31,568 nucleotides of DNA from Candidatus Thorarchaeota archaeon (GCA_038893995.1 JAWAQK010000027.1:1-31568); one strand, 5' to 3'; positions 18,175 to 27,546 are shown, counted from the first letter of the stretch. Translations and numbers: made by a program. The notes: generated from the letters alone by a model not told the origin.

Positions 18175-18777
18175 TTACCACATTCTGAACTCTCTGAAGA
18201 GGTTGGTGGGGTAGACAATCAGATAGGGAATGGTTGCATCGAGGATGCTCTGGGTCGTGTTTATGACATATACTATGGTCGTGATTGTCAGGGCGTCGAG
18301 CGAGAATAGGGGCATGATTATTGCCAGGTTGAGCAGGAGCATTATGTTGAGTCGAGTCAGATAGCCGAACAACATGTAGAGTGCATATCGTCCGATGGAT
18401 CGTAGGTTACTCCCATCATGATGTAACCTAGCTGACCACAGCAGGACCCACGGGACAATCATCATTGGTGCAGTAGCTGCAAGTTTCATGAGGGGCCCGA
18501 TCGGAGCAAAGGGGTCGAATAGGAACAGCCCCAGTGTGCCCGCCGCAGCAGTTATCATCCCGACTCTTATGCCTCCGATCAGAAATGCTATCATCCATAC
18601 GAACGAGACAGGATCGAAGTAGGCGATTCCCCATCCGGGGATTCTTGGGATGAACGATGCTGAGTATCCAATGGCTATCGACAGAGCGGCCAGCAGCCCA
18701 GAAACAGCCACGGTCATAGAGTTTCGCGAGCGCAAGGAGTCGTATCCTTTAGTTTCAGAACTATCGTGTTCAGCCAT
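18175..18777 (-). CDS. ECF transporter S-component-like membrane protein
   Basis: About 200 aa and hydrophobic, with VAVSGLLAALS (AxxxA), YFDPVSFVW and FLIGG..G. Confidence 0.65.
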   Translation of the reverse strand: MAEHDSSETKGYDSLRSRNSMTVAVSGLLAALSIAIGYSASFIPRIPGWGIAYFDPVSFVWMIAFLIGGIRVGMITAAAGTLGLFLFDPFAPIGPLMKLAATAPMMIVPWVLLWSARLHHDGSNLRSIGRYALYMLFGYLTRLNIMLLLNLAIIMPLFSLDALTITTIVYVINTTQSILDATIPYLIVYPTNLFREFRMW

Positions 18778-18826
18778 GACACATTACCTGGCATCTGGGC
18801 AGTACGGGGTGTGTATTTAAGTATAA

Positions 18827-19207
18827 CTAATTCGTAGTAACTACTCGCTTTTGAGTAAACGGTGATACCGGCTCGTCCTGTGCAGTTCTTCTGTCACCGT
18901 GCAGCCGAGAACGACTCACCATCTGAAGAAGTTTCCTTGCAGCCTCTATGCATTCTGGGTTTATGCGCCATTCCGACCATTCAAATCCCGATGTCAGAGA
19001 GGCACGGCTGAGAATGAACCGAGACCCGGCAACCTCATTGATCCTGTTGAGCATAGTACCTATGGTCACTGCTCCAAGTACAGGCCTGACCTGCCTTGCA
19101 ACCCTGATCAGGTCGGAGGTCGACACCCACCCACCATCCTCGATCAACAGTCTGAGTACCCTTGACCTGACCGCGTCTGATTCAAGCACGTCCTTGAGTG
19201 GAGCCAA
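18827..19207 (-). CDS. Hypothetical winged-helix protein
   Basis: RSRVLRLLIEDGGWVSTSDL...SEWRINPE fits a wHTH pattern. The start is uncertain. Confidence 0.6.
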   Translation of the reverse strand: MAPLKDVLESDAVRSRVLRLLIEDGGWVSTSDLIRVARQVRPVLGAVTIGTMLNRINEVAGSRFILSRASLTSGFEWSEWRINPECIEAARKLLQMVSRSRLHGDRRTAQDEPVSPFTQKRVVTTN

Positions 19208-19386
19208 GTTGAAAGACTCACGTCGACTGAATGCGTGTGGCCGGGCGGACAGTTCGTCCCTGGACTCATAGTATGTCGTTCTGCATCCCTGGCCATGTTG
19301 CCGAACAAGTCGATTTTAAATGAAGTATTATCCTACATCATTTCCGTAGGACTCATATTGAGGCTACGTCCTAGAGTGTTCCCATC

Positions 19387-19767
19387 ATGAGGTATCATAA
19401 TCCCCTCGACAGTCTCTTCAAGACATCCTTCAGGCGTCCATCGGACTTCATATGTTGCGCGTTCGGACTACAGAGGAGTGAGATAGACACATACTTTGCT
19501 CTACTGTCCGGCGAGAAGAGTGCGAGCGAGATAAGCGCGGCTCTGTCTCTCGACCGAAGTACGGTCCAACGTGCCCTCAAGAGCCTGATGGAAAAGCAAC
19601 TGGTCTTCAGGAACAAGAGGAGCATCGAGGGTGGGGGTTACTACTACACCTACCGGGCCGTGTCAACTGAGGAGATCCGTTCACAGATACTGCAGCAGCT
19701 CGACAAGTGGTATGCAGATACCAGAAGGTTCTTGATGCAATCATGGTCGGTCCAGCCCGGAGACTGA
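19387..19767 (+). CDS. TrmB/COG3355-like HTH transcriptional regulator
   Basis: CCAFGLQRSEIDTYFALL, SEISAALSLDRSTVQRALKSL and GGGYYYTY. Confidence 0.85.
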   Translation: MRYHNPLDSLFKTSFRRPSDFICCAFGLQRSEIDTYFALLSGEKSASEISAALSLDRSTVQRALKSLMEKQLVFRNKRSIEGGGYYYTYRAVSTEEIRSQILQQLDKWYADTRRFLMQSWSVQPGD

Positions 19768-19770
19768 GGT

Positions 19771-20307
19771 GTGCCAATGAGTCTACACGGAGTCAATACG
19801 ACCATCTGGACTACCACAATGGCTGTCATCGGAGCAGTTGGAATTGTCGTCAGGATTTTTGTCCGGATCACGGTCATTCCGGGACTGGAGCTAACTCCTG
19901 GCTTCATGTTCTCAATGCTGGGCGGCATTGTTGGAGGTCTGCCCGGCGGAATTGTTGTGGGATCCATCGTGGGCATTGGTGGTGCAATCGCCGGTGGTGA
20001 GACTCCTCTATTGCCCCTGATCGGCAACATCTGTCTCGGTGTGGGCACCGGCATAGGTTTCTATGTTGACACCAACAGAAACTCGCTCAGATACTACACC
20101 TCTGTGATAGTCGGTGGAACCGTGATTGGAGGCTTCATACCTACACTGACGATATTCTCAGGGTTTGAGTTTGTGGCAGCATTGATCCCAGCACTCGCGG
20201 ACGCATTTCAGGCATTCATCTGGGCCGTCCTCGCTCTGCTGATTGACCTGAGAATGGTCCGTCCCCTTCTGGGACCCCATCTCTATCTTTCGGAGGGTCA
20301 GAACTAG
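19771..20307 (+). CDS. Membrane protein, ECF S-component-like
   Basis: About 6 Gly-rich TM segments, including MAVIGAV and LGGIVGGLPGGIVVG. Confidence 0.55.
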   Translation: MPMSLHGVNTTIWTTTMAVIGAVGIVVRIFVRITVIPGLELTPGFMFSMLGGIVGGLPGGIVVGSIVGIGGAIAGGETPLLPLIGNICLGVGTGIGFYVDTNRNSLRYYTSVIVGGTVIGGFIPTLTIFSGFEFVAALIPALADAFQAFIWAVLALLIDLRMVRPLLGPHLYLSEGQN

Positions 20308-20334
20308 CGAGCAGATTAGTAGATGTGATGGCAA

Positions 20335-20982
20335 TTGAGCAAGACCATATCGATTGATGTCAAGAAGGACCTGTTCGGGGCAAATGCAGAGGTGGCTGCT
20401 GAGAACGCAGCACGGTTCGGGAAGTACGGGATCAGGGTCTACGATGTCATGGGCTCCGTGGGAACAGGCAAGACAATGTTGATTGAGTCCATCTGCCAGA
20501 GACTGAAGGACAGATACTCTATCTTGATGGTGGCTGGCGACCTTGAAACCAGGATCGATGCCGATCGGGTCTCGTCCCACGGGATCGATACCGTCCAGAT
20601 AAACACCAAGACGGCCTGTCATCTCGACGCCAGGATGTTGAGCCTCGCCCTGAGGGACATTGATCTGTCAAAGTACCAGGTCATATTCGTTGAGAACGTG
20701 GGCAATCTGATATGTCCTGCCGGCTACTCACTGGGGGCCGAGAAGAAGATTGTAGTCGTGAGTGTGACAGAAGGACCATACATGATCCGAAAACATCCCC
20801 TGACCATCAAACGCGCCGACCTCGTGGTCATCAACAAGATCGACCTCCAGGGTGTGATGGGTGTGGATGCAGATGCATTGGTCAGGGATGTGAGAGAAAT
20901 AGATGCCAATCTCCCTGTATTCAAGGTGAGTGCTGTCACTGGCGATGGTCTCGATAGACTGATAGCCGGTCTGGGGCTCTAG
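20335..20982 (+). CDS. hypB: Hydrogenase nickel incorporation GTPase HypB
   Basis: GSVGTGKT, DADR, CHLDA, ENVGNLICPA, SVTEG, KHP, NKID and SAVTG. Confidence 0.95.
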   Translation: MSKTISIDVKKDLFGANAEVAAENAARFGKYGIRVYDVMGSVGTGKTMLIESICQRLKDRYSILMVAGDLETRIDADRVSSHGIDTVQINTKTACHLDARMLSLALRDIDLSKYQVIFVENVGNLICPAGYSLGAEKKIVVVSVTEGPYMIRKHPLTIKRADLVVINKIDLQGVMGVDADALVRDVREIDANLPVFKVSAVTGDGLDRLIAGLGL

Positions 20983-21731
20983 CCTCCGGCTGCAGCGATG
21001 CGTTCTAGAGCAGCTCTGACGCCTGCAAGATGCCCCGCTCCAATCACAACAACTACCTTCCCTTGCACATCCTCCAGGATCCTCGATATGGCTCGCGCAA
21101 CGTAGTCATCGCGCTGATCAATGAGCACATTCGTCAGTCCCGGAAACTGCCTTCTGAACTCTGACAAGAGCTTCTCCAAGTTCTCCTCGTTGGTGAGATC
21201 CCGCGTCATCTCCAACACATTGCCCCCGGATATCTCACGAGTTACACTGGGTATCATCTCCATGAGTCGGTATATCTCGTCCAGCGGAACCTTGTCCAGG
21301 GCCTGTACAGTGACGTGGAGCGGCCTGTCCACGAGGGCTATCTTGGCTCCGATCTTCCTGCCCTCTTCGATTGCTGCCAGCATCTCCCCTCCTACCTGGG
21401 AACCAGTGGCGTTACCGATGAGGTCCTCCAGGACTGCTATCTGTTGAAGCAACGTCTGGACGCCGTCTGTACTCTGTCCGGTCGAAACGGCCGTCTGAGT
21501 CGCGTCCCTACTGAGCAGCTGATCCAGACGATACCTGTCAAGCTCAACTGCAACAACATCTGGCCTGTGAAGCCTCACGGTCTCTCTGACCTTGACCACA
21601 CTCTCGCTGTCAGTGTGAATGACACCGACGAACAGGACCCTCTGCAGGTCGTCCGGGCTCCTCATCAGAGGTGGTACTCGCGTATCTCCTTTTACTTGTT
21701 CCGAATTATGAACCAGAGTGATCTGTCTCAT
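20979..21731 (-). CDS. TraB/GumN family protein
   Basis: VGVIH, PDVVAVELD..R, GGEMLAAI, LVDR, LIDQRD and VVVVIGAGHL. The true start may be a little downstream. Confidence 0.9.
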   Translation of the reverse strand: MRQITLVHNSEQVKGDTRVPPLMRSPDDLQRVLFVGVIHTDSESVVKVRETVRLHRPDVVAVELDRYRLDQLLSRDATQTAVSTGQSTDGVQTLLQQIAVLEDLIGNATGSQVGGEMLAAIEEGRKIGAKIALVDRPLHVTVQALDKVPLDEIYRLMEMIPSVTREISGGNVLEMTRDLTNEENLEKLLSEFRRQFPGLTNVLIDQRDDYVARAISRILEDVQGKVVVVIGAGHLAGVRAALERIAAAGG

Positions 21732-21877
21732 CCGTAGCGAGCGATCTGTAGCTTGTGTCGTCGATACCCTGTGTTGGGGATATACTGATATTTCCCATCT
21801 GTGCTGACACAGTCAATCGCCGTCGAGCCCCCTATCGCTGTTCGGTCTATGTCAGAACAACCCATGCAGACGGAGTG

Positions 21878-22816
21878 ATGAATGTGTCCGAACACAGTGA
21901 TGGCAACGAATGTCTCACCTCATCGAAAACGAACCCCCTCCACAAGCTTGCTGCCGTGTCAGAAGTACTTCTTGTCAGGTTTGTGATCTACTCGCTTGTG
22001 GCACTTGCACTGATGCAGGTGATGTACGGTACCCCTGCACCAGACCAGTATCCCCTCGAGTCGTACTACGTCGTCGGGTCTCTGTGGTTCGTCATACCCG
22101 CCGTCATGATACTAGGACTCCGGCGAGAGCCCCATCTGTATGGTCTGACATCCGTGTCGAGTAGACAGAGTGTTGACCTGGCCCTCAGCGCATTTCCGTT
22201 CATGGTCCTTGGAATGAATGCAGTGATGGTGCTACTGATGATGCTGGGGTGGTCGTATCTTGAACCGCTGGGTGCACTGACGCTTACCGCATCACTGACC
22301 GTAGCGTCGTTGTTCATCATCAGGATGTCCTACCGCAAGTACCCATCTTTCCACAATGTCTCAGTCCCGTATCGGACTCACTGTATCAACGTGGTCGCCA
22401 TTCTGCTCCTCCTGCTACTGCCCATGGTGCTAGGACTCGTGCTGGGTCGTCTGTCACTCCTCCTAGTTTCTACTGTTGTATGGCAGTTTGTCTTCTCAGG
22501 ATTCGGAGAAGAGGTGTTCTTCCGGGGGTACATCCAGTCAAGGCTCAATATGGCCTTTGGCCGACCGTTTGAGTGGCTGGGAATCCGATTCGGTGTCGGT
22601 CTCTTCATCTCTGCGTCCATCTTCTCTGTGACTCACATGTTGAATACTGCAAATATCTGGCTCGGAGACTTCAACATCGCCTGGTGGTGGGGCACATTTT
22701 CCCTAGTTGGTGGTATCCTCCTCGGACTCCTGCGTGAGAAGACTGGATCAGTAGTCGCGTCTGGTACCCTACACGGACTTGAAGCAGTCGGAGAAGGACT
22801 TGCCCTCCTGTTTTGA
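21878..22816 (+). CDS. CPBP (CAAX/Abi) family intramembrane metalloprotease
   Basis: EEVFFRGYIQ, FSVTH, REKTGS and TLH, with multiple TM segments. Confidence 0.9.
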   Translation: MNVSEHSDGNECLTSSKTNPLHKLAAVSEVLLVRFVIYSLVALALMQVMYGTPAPDQYPLESYYVVGSLWFVIPAVMILGLRREPHLYGLTSVSSRQSVDLALSAFPFMVLGMNAVMVLLMMLGWSYLEPLGALTLTASLTVASLFIIRMSYRKYPSFHNVSVPYRTHCINVVAILLLLLLPMVLGLVLGRLSLLLVSTVVWQFVFSGFGEEVFFRGYIQSRLNMAFGRPFEWLGIRFGVGLFISASIFSVTHMLNTANIWLGDFNIAWWWGTFSLVGGILLGLLREKTGSVVASGTLHGLEAVGEGLALLF

Positions 22817-22967
22817 GATTCACCGCTGCGGCCTTGGGCCGCCAGATCATGACAAGAGGCCAGTCCCGGCTCGCCTAGACGAGACCGAGTATGTCCTCGG
22901 GTGCACAAAGCTTTTCCATGATGTGAGCCCCTGTCTGGATGACTTCTACAACGGGATGTGAGATGAG

Positions 22968-23315
22968 ATGAGAGCTGATCTCGAGAGAGCCTTCTCCAAA
23001 CTCATGAATCCTCGTATGAGTGCTGGACTGATGATCCTTCATAGTCTACTTAGTCCGCTGAGGGGCCCCCCCATTCCTCCCAAGGAGGTACGAGAAACAG
23101 TCGAGAAACTGGTTGAGCAGGGTGACGTTTCAAAGCAGTCGATCACCAATGCCGCACGACGACTCGAGGAGGCCAACATAGTCGTACGCGAAGAGGGATA
23201 CTCCGTCAACTATGGATACCTCCTATCTGTACTACTTGACGCCGTCATGGACCTGACAGCTCGAGTCAACCGGTTGGAGGAGGAGCTCGAGTCAATCAGC
23301 CAGTCGCAGTCGTAG
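22968..23315 (+). CDS. Hypothetical winged-helix + coiled-coil protein
   Basis: SKQSITNAARRLEEANIV reads as a recognition helix and wing, followed by a heptad C-terminus. Confidence 0.65.
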   Translation: MRADLERAFSKLMNPRMSAGLMILHSLLSPLRGPPIPPKEVRETVEKLVEQGDVSKQSITNAARRLEEANIVVREEGYSVNYGYLLSVLLDAVMDLTARVNRLEEELESISQSQS

Positions 23316-23318
23316 TTC

Positions 23319-24494
23319 TCAATACCCGCCCCTCAGCACTGTGTCAAGATCATCGAAGAAGTCGTCCAGCACATCCCCCGTCACATGAGGCATCACAATG
23401 AGCCTCATTGATGGTGGCAGTGGTGAGATCGCAGTGCTCCACCCCATGCTCTCCATCCTGTCTGCCACCTGGTCAAGCTGCTCTTCTTGCACGCGGAAAG
23501 CAACTATGTTCATCACGGGCCGGATCACCAGCTCCAGGCGAGGGTTGGCTGCTATCCTGTCCACACTGTGCTGCGTGTTCCTCATGCACTCCCTCACAAT
23601 ATTGCGGTATCCCTCTCTACCCAAATGTTTCATTATTGCCCAGGCAGAGAGGATAGTGGACGCGGGACGTGTTCCCAAGAGTGTGGACTGCCTTGAGCTC
23701 GTTCCTCGGAGATAGGGTATCGTCCGGGTGATGGCGTCCAAGTGGTCCTTCTCTCTCATCAAGAGACATCCTGCTGGTATTGGTGCGAGTCCCATCTTGT
23801 GAGGATCGATACTGACACTGGTGACGCCCTCTATCTCGAAATCGAACCGGTGGTCTGACATCCCAAGGTCCCTCAGGAATGGAATGACGAACCCGCCGAA
23901 GGCCGCATCTACATGAAGGGGAAGCCCATGGTCCCTGGCGATCGAGGCGATACTCTCTATCGGGTCTATCTGTCCGACGTAAGTGGTCCCTGCAGTTGCT
24001 ACTAGTCCGACTGTGTCACAGGTGATCTGCTTCTCCATCTCCGATGGCATCGCCCGATACTCATCATCAACAGGTGTCTTCTTGATTCGGATGCCAAGTA
24101 ACCACGCGGCCTTGTCAACCGATGGATGAACCGTTTCTGGCGCCACTATTTCAGGACCCGTTGTGCGTCGTCTTCCCAATTCTCTGTGCGACAGGACGGC
24201 GAGTATGTTTGATTCTGTCCCTCCTGAGGTGGTTGTTCCAAGGGGAGCTTCTAGATGAAGCAGGTCTCCTAGCATCTCGATGAGTTCCTTCTCTATGATC
24301 GCCGTTCCCGGGAACGAGTGCAATCGTCCAGCATTCTTCTCGGCATATCGTGTCAGAATCTCAATCCCAAGGCTATGAGGGATGGTTGACATTGATGCAA
24401 CAGGACGCCCACTCCTGTATGTACAGTCTTTCTTCAGGACATCTTCAAGTGACCTGATGACGTCTTCAGCATCAGTTCCTCTCTCGGCGAACAT
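23319..24494 (-). CDS. mfnA: Tyrosine/aspartate decarboxylase MfnA (PLP-dependent)
   Basis: SMST.PH, SGGTESN, HPSVDKAA, AGTT..GQIDPI, HVDAAFGG, IDPHKMG, LGTRP and MPHV. Confidence 0.93.
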   Translation of the reverse strand: MFAERGTDAEDVIRSLEDVLKKDCTYRSGRPVASMSTIPHSLGIEILTRYAEKNAGRLHSFPGTAIIEKELIEMLGDLLHLEAPLGTTTSGGTESNILAVLSHRELGRRRTTGPEIVAPETVHPSVDKAAWLLGIRIKKTPVDDEYRAMPSEMEKQITCDTVGLVATAGTTYVGQIDPIESIASIARDHGLPLHVDAAFGGFVIPFLRDLGMSDHRFDFEIEGVTSVSIDPHKMGLAPIPAGCLLMREKDHLDAITRTIPYLRGTSSRQSTLLGTRPASTILSAWAIMKHLGREGYRNIVRECMRNTQHSVDRIAANPRLELVIRPVMNIVAFRVQEEQLDQVADRMESMGWSTAISPLPPSMRLIVMPHVTGDVLDDFFDDLDTVLRGGY

Positions 24495-24654
24495 TCCTTT
24501 CTCTCCGCAGGGCTCTACATCCTTGTTTCCCGACTTACCGCGTACGGGAATGGAATGGTCTTCGCACTCTGGCAGTGCATCTGGAGGCGACGGCTGATGA
24601 ATAAGCTAATAAACCAAGGGTACTGGGAACAGATTGGCCTCTTCGGAGAGCCAT

Positions 24655-24759
24655 GGCCTCGGTGGTGTAACGGTAACATAGGGGACTGTGGATCCCCTGC
24701 CGCGGGACTCATCCTCACTCCGAGATGAGACGCGAATTCAACTCCCGCCCGGGGCCCCA
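24655..24759 (+). tRNA. tRNA-His(GUG) with encoded G-1 and CCA, and a 30-nt intron at 53/54 (24707-24736)
   Basis: Acceptor stem GCCTCGG/CCGGGGC with G-1:C73. Anticodon arm GGGGA-CTGTGGA-TCCCC. The T arm GCGGG/TTCAACT/CCCGC forms once 24707-24736 is removed. Confidence 0.93.
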
Positions 24760-24847
24760 TATTCTGGTCGTATCAGACTGAGGGTGGCGCAGTGCACGGA
24801 TCTCTTGGTGGGACTGTATACTCCGCGAAGTGGAGGCCGTTGCCAGA

Positions 24848-25165
24848 ATGAATCGAGTCGTCATCGTGGTGCGGGAGATCAGGGGGAACTGTCCCGTATT
24901 CAAGGTCGGAGACCGCATGGTATTTGATGGTGCAGCACTCAACATGGATCTGACCGATGCCTACTGTGTCTGGGCTGCACAGTCGTTCACACCATTCCTC
25001 ATATCGGCCAGGCGTCTAGTACCTCCGTCTGAGTTGGGCCTTGCAAGAGAGGGACTGAAGTATCTCGTACAGTGTCTTGATCCAGGTCCTCCACTTACAG
25101 ACGGAGGGACCGTCGTGTTTGAGATGCATGCTGAGACTTCGGACAGTGATACTGTTGTCCATTGA
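24848..25165 (+). CDS. TIGR04076-like small Cys-containing protein
   Basis: V.EIRGNCPVFKVGD, CVWA and VQCLDPG....GTVVFE. Confidence 0.75.
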   Translation: MNRVVIVVREIRGNCPVFKVGDRMVFDGAALNMDLTDAYCVWAAQSFTPFLISARRLVPPSELGLAREGLKYLVQCLDPGPPLTDGGTVVFEMHAETSDSDTVVH

Positions 25166-25166
25166 G

Positions 25167-25610
25167 TCACACGTGATTCCCTATCTCGTGAGTGTGGTTT
25201 CCTTCTCTGACCTCGACCGGAACTGCCGAGAGTCTGGCATGTTCGACGCCTGATATGCTTGATATCTTATTGGCCGTGTACTCAATCTCCTCTCTTGTCC
25301 CCCTGAGTGTTATGACCTCAAGGCATAGTCTTTCCGTGAGATGGACATGAACAGTAGATATTATGTCAGCCCTTGAGGAGTGCTGAATCTTGATGAGTTT
25401 GGAGACTAGGCTGGGCCGGTTATCATAGACTATGTTCAGGACCGCCACGTACGTCCCCTGTCCCGCCTCCCATCTGGAGCCTGATATGAAGTCGCGCATG
25501 GCGTCTCTTATCGCCTCTGATCGCCCGAGATACCCCTTGCGCTGGATCACTTCATCAAACTCTTTCAGCAGCTCCCCGGGTATTGATACTCCAAACCTCT
25601 GCAATACCAT
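25167..25610 (-). CDS. nikR: Nickel-responsive regulator NikR
   Basis: RHH domain (QRFGVSIP..LLKEFD...RSEAIRDAMR) and Ni-site residues (QH, HVHL, CLEVI). Confidence 0.95.
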   Translation of the reverse strand: MVLQRFGVSIPGELLKEFDEVIQRKGYLGRSEAIRDAMRDFISGSRWEAGQGTYVAVLNIVYDNRPSLVSKLIKIQHSSRADIISTVHVHLTERLCLEVITLRGTREEIEYTANKISSISGVEHARLSAVPVEVREGNHTHEIGNHV

Positions 25611-25658
25611 GGTATGTCCTCCTGAGTGTGCCTACGGTAGCAAAACTCCTCAGTATTG

Positions 25659-25685
25659 GTGACACGAATTCCAATTTCGTAACAC
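25659..25685. promoter_or_regulatory. Candidate NikR operator, GTGACAC-N13-GTAACAC
   Basis: Imperfect inverted repeat between divergent nikR and nikM, abutting a TATA-like CTTAAG at 25685-25690. Confidence 0.65.
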
Positions 25686-25729
25686 TTAAGAGTTCGCCCA
25701 GTCGACCGTGCACACGAGGCTCAGATACC

Positions 25730-26440
25730 ATGCATGTTCCTGATGGCATAATACCTCTCTGGCTTCAGTTGTTTATGTCTGGTCTGACACTGGTCTTCTT
25801 GGTACTTGCCGTGAGGACTGTAAACCGTAAGTTCGATACGAAGATGGTCCCCTATCTTGGCGTACTAGCGGCTGCAATATTTGCAGCACAGTTTGTCAAC
25901 TTCCCGATAGGCAACTTCTCGAGCGGTCATCTTGTCGGTTCGACGCTCCTTGCAGTCTTGGTAGGACCATGGGCTGCCATGTTGATCATGGCACTAGTCT
26001 TGTTTGTACAGGCACTCTATGGTGACGGTGGGCTACTGACCTATGGGTTGAACTTCTTCAACATGGGCATTGTCGCCACTCTCGTGGGTTGGTCAGTTGT
26101 CCTGCTCTCCTTCAGGCTGCTCCGCAGGGTCACTGCACCACGAATCGCAGTCATTACAGGCGCAGGAGTAGGTTCATTCATTTCGATAGTGGCCGCAGCT
26201 GTCGTTTTGGGCATCGAGCTCTTGACAGTCCCCGGATTCGGGACCGAGGCATTTACAGTGCTCACTCTGATTCATGTTGTAATCGCTCTCGGAGAAGCTG
26301 CGATAACAGTCGCGGTCATACTGTACTTCTTGAAGGCCAAGCCCAGTATCATATCCCTCCTAGACGAGAGTGAGACGAGGGACCTTGCGCATGAACCACT
26401 CAGAAGGGCATTGGTCCCCGAGCAGACAATCAGGGGGTGA
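25730..26440 (+). CDS. nikM: Ni/Co ECF transporter S component NikM/CbiM
   Basis: Diagnostic N-terminus MHVPDG, SSGHLVG, QALYGDGG, G.NFFNMG and H..IALGEA. Confidence 0.92.
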   Translation: MHVPDGIIPLWLQLFMSGLTLVFLVLAVRTVNRKFDTKMVPYLGVLAAAIFAAQFVNFPIGNFSSGHLVGSTLLAVLVGPWAAMLIMALVLFVQALYGDGGLLTYGLNFFNMGIVATLVGWSVVLLSFRLLRRVTAPRIAVITGAGVGSFISIVAAAVVLGIELLTVPGFGTEAFTVLTLIHVVIALGEAAITVAVILYFLKAKPSIISLLDESETRDLAHEPLRRALVPEQTIRG

Positions 26441-26447
26441 AGAGAGG

Positions 26448-26735
26448 TTGAGCAGAGAAAAGATGGTCAGGGTCGTCTTACCGAGTGTGATTTTTCTAGT
26501 TGCCGTTCTCTCGGCTGTGATCCTCACGGGGATGGCCTCCCAGAACCCGGATGGCTTTGAGTGGACTCTATTTGACTTCGCCGGCGTCGCAGAACCGGAG
26601 CCCCTGTTTGAGGGGATCTGGTCTTTCATGGAAGAGGGGCCAGTCACCGACGTCATCATCGGAGTGGTAGGCGTAGTCCTCGTGCTTGCGATCAGCTATG
26701 TACTGTTCTGGGCCCTCTCGCGCAGAAACAGATGA
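26448..26735 (+). CDS. nikN: NikN / PDGLE-domain membrane protein
   Basis: Two TM helices flanking ASQNPDGFE. Confidence 0.8.
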   Translation: MSREKMVRVVLPSVIFLVAVLSAVILTGMASQNPDGFEWTLFDFAGVAEPEPLFEGIWSFMEEGPVTDVIIGVVGVVLVLAISYVLFWALSRRNR

Positions 26736-26765
26736 GTATAGACGAGTGTATGAGATGAGCCAGCC

Positions 26766-27539
26766 GTGCATCATTTTCTATTACCCTTCAGTACAGAGAG
26801 AAGGACCGGCAGGACCTTCTCTCCGACCTCTATCCTTGTTCTCTCGGTATGTGTAGCAGCACTAGTCTCAATCCAGAGCAATCTTCTATTTCTCTCTCTC
26901 CTGTTCATCTGTATCTTGGTGGGAGGTACGATCGCACATACCCCGTGGGGACGCATATATGGGCTGGCTGCTCGGTTCGAGTTGATTGTGCTATTCTGGA
27001 TCCTCCTCGAGCCATTCATGTTTGGGACCACTGTGATGTTCTACCTTCCTACACCTCTTGGGAACTTGACCGCATACTGGGAGGGACTACAGATGGGTCT
27101 GCTCCTTGGCCTCAGGATGATCTGTGTGATAGTCCTCATCCTGGGTACCCTGTCACACATGTCATTGTCTGAGTTCATGGGCGTCCTCAGGTTTCTTCGA
27201 GTCCCTGCAGTCATTCTGGGCTCGCTGTTGGTGATGTTGCGTTACATCCCTCTCTTCGTATCTGAGAGGCAGAGAACGCTCGAGTCTGCACTCCTGCGAG
27301 GACTCAGAAGAGGTAGTCGAGTCTCGAGAGTGATGACCGGGGGCTCGCTGATCGGCCTGACGATTGACCGAGCATTCGGAAGGAGCGAGAGGCTCTTCGA
27401 TGCCATGACGTTGAGGGGATTTGGGAAGTCCATGCCCGTCAGCAATGCTCGACCAAGGCGAGCCGACATTGCACTAGTGCTGCTCGTCATGCTATCCTAT
27501 GCGGTCTTTCTCGTTGGTATGCCCGTCTGGCTGGGGTGA
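26766..27539 (+). CDS. nikQ: ECF transmembrane T component NikQ/CbiQ
   Basis: LRVP, MLRYIPLF..E, LRG and RSERLFDAMTLRGF. Confidence 0.88.
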   Translation: MHHFLLPFSTERRTGRTFSPTSILVLSVCVAALVSIQSNLLFLSLLFICILVGGTIAHTPWGRIYGLAARFELIVLFWILLEPFMFGTTVMFYLPTPLGNLTAYWEGLQMGLLLGLRMICVIVLILGTLSHMSLSEFMGVLRFLRVPAVILGSLLVMLRYIPLFVSERQRTLESALLRGLRRGSRVSRVMTGGSLIGLTIDRAFGRSERLFDAMTLRGFGKSMPVSNARPRRADIALVLLVMLSYAVFLVGMPVWLG

Positions 27540-27546
27540 GATCAAG

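Noticed and set aside
19208-19320. Upstream ATG (19296) as a leaderless or frameshifted start of the 18827-19207 gene
   Set aside because: It is out of frame, gives only about 50 unremarkable codons, and has no homology support.
24515-24945. Short ORFs over the tRNA-His region
   Set aside because: They are explained by the tRNA gene and the neighbouring CDS.
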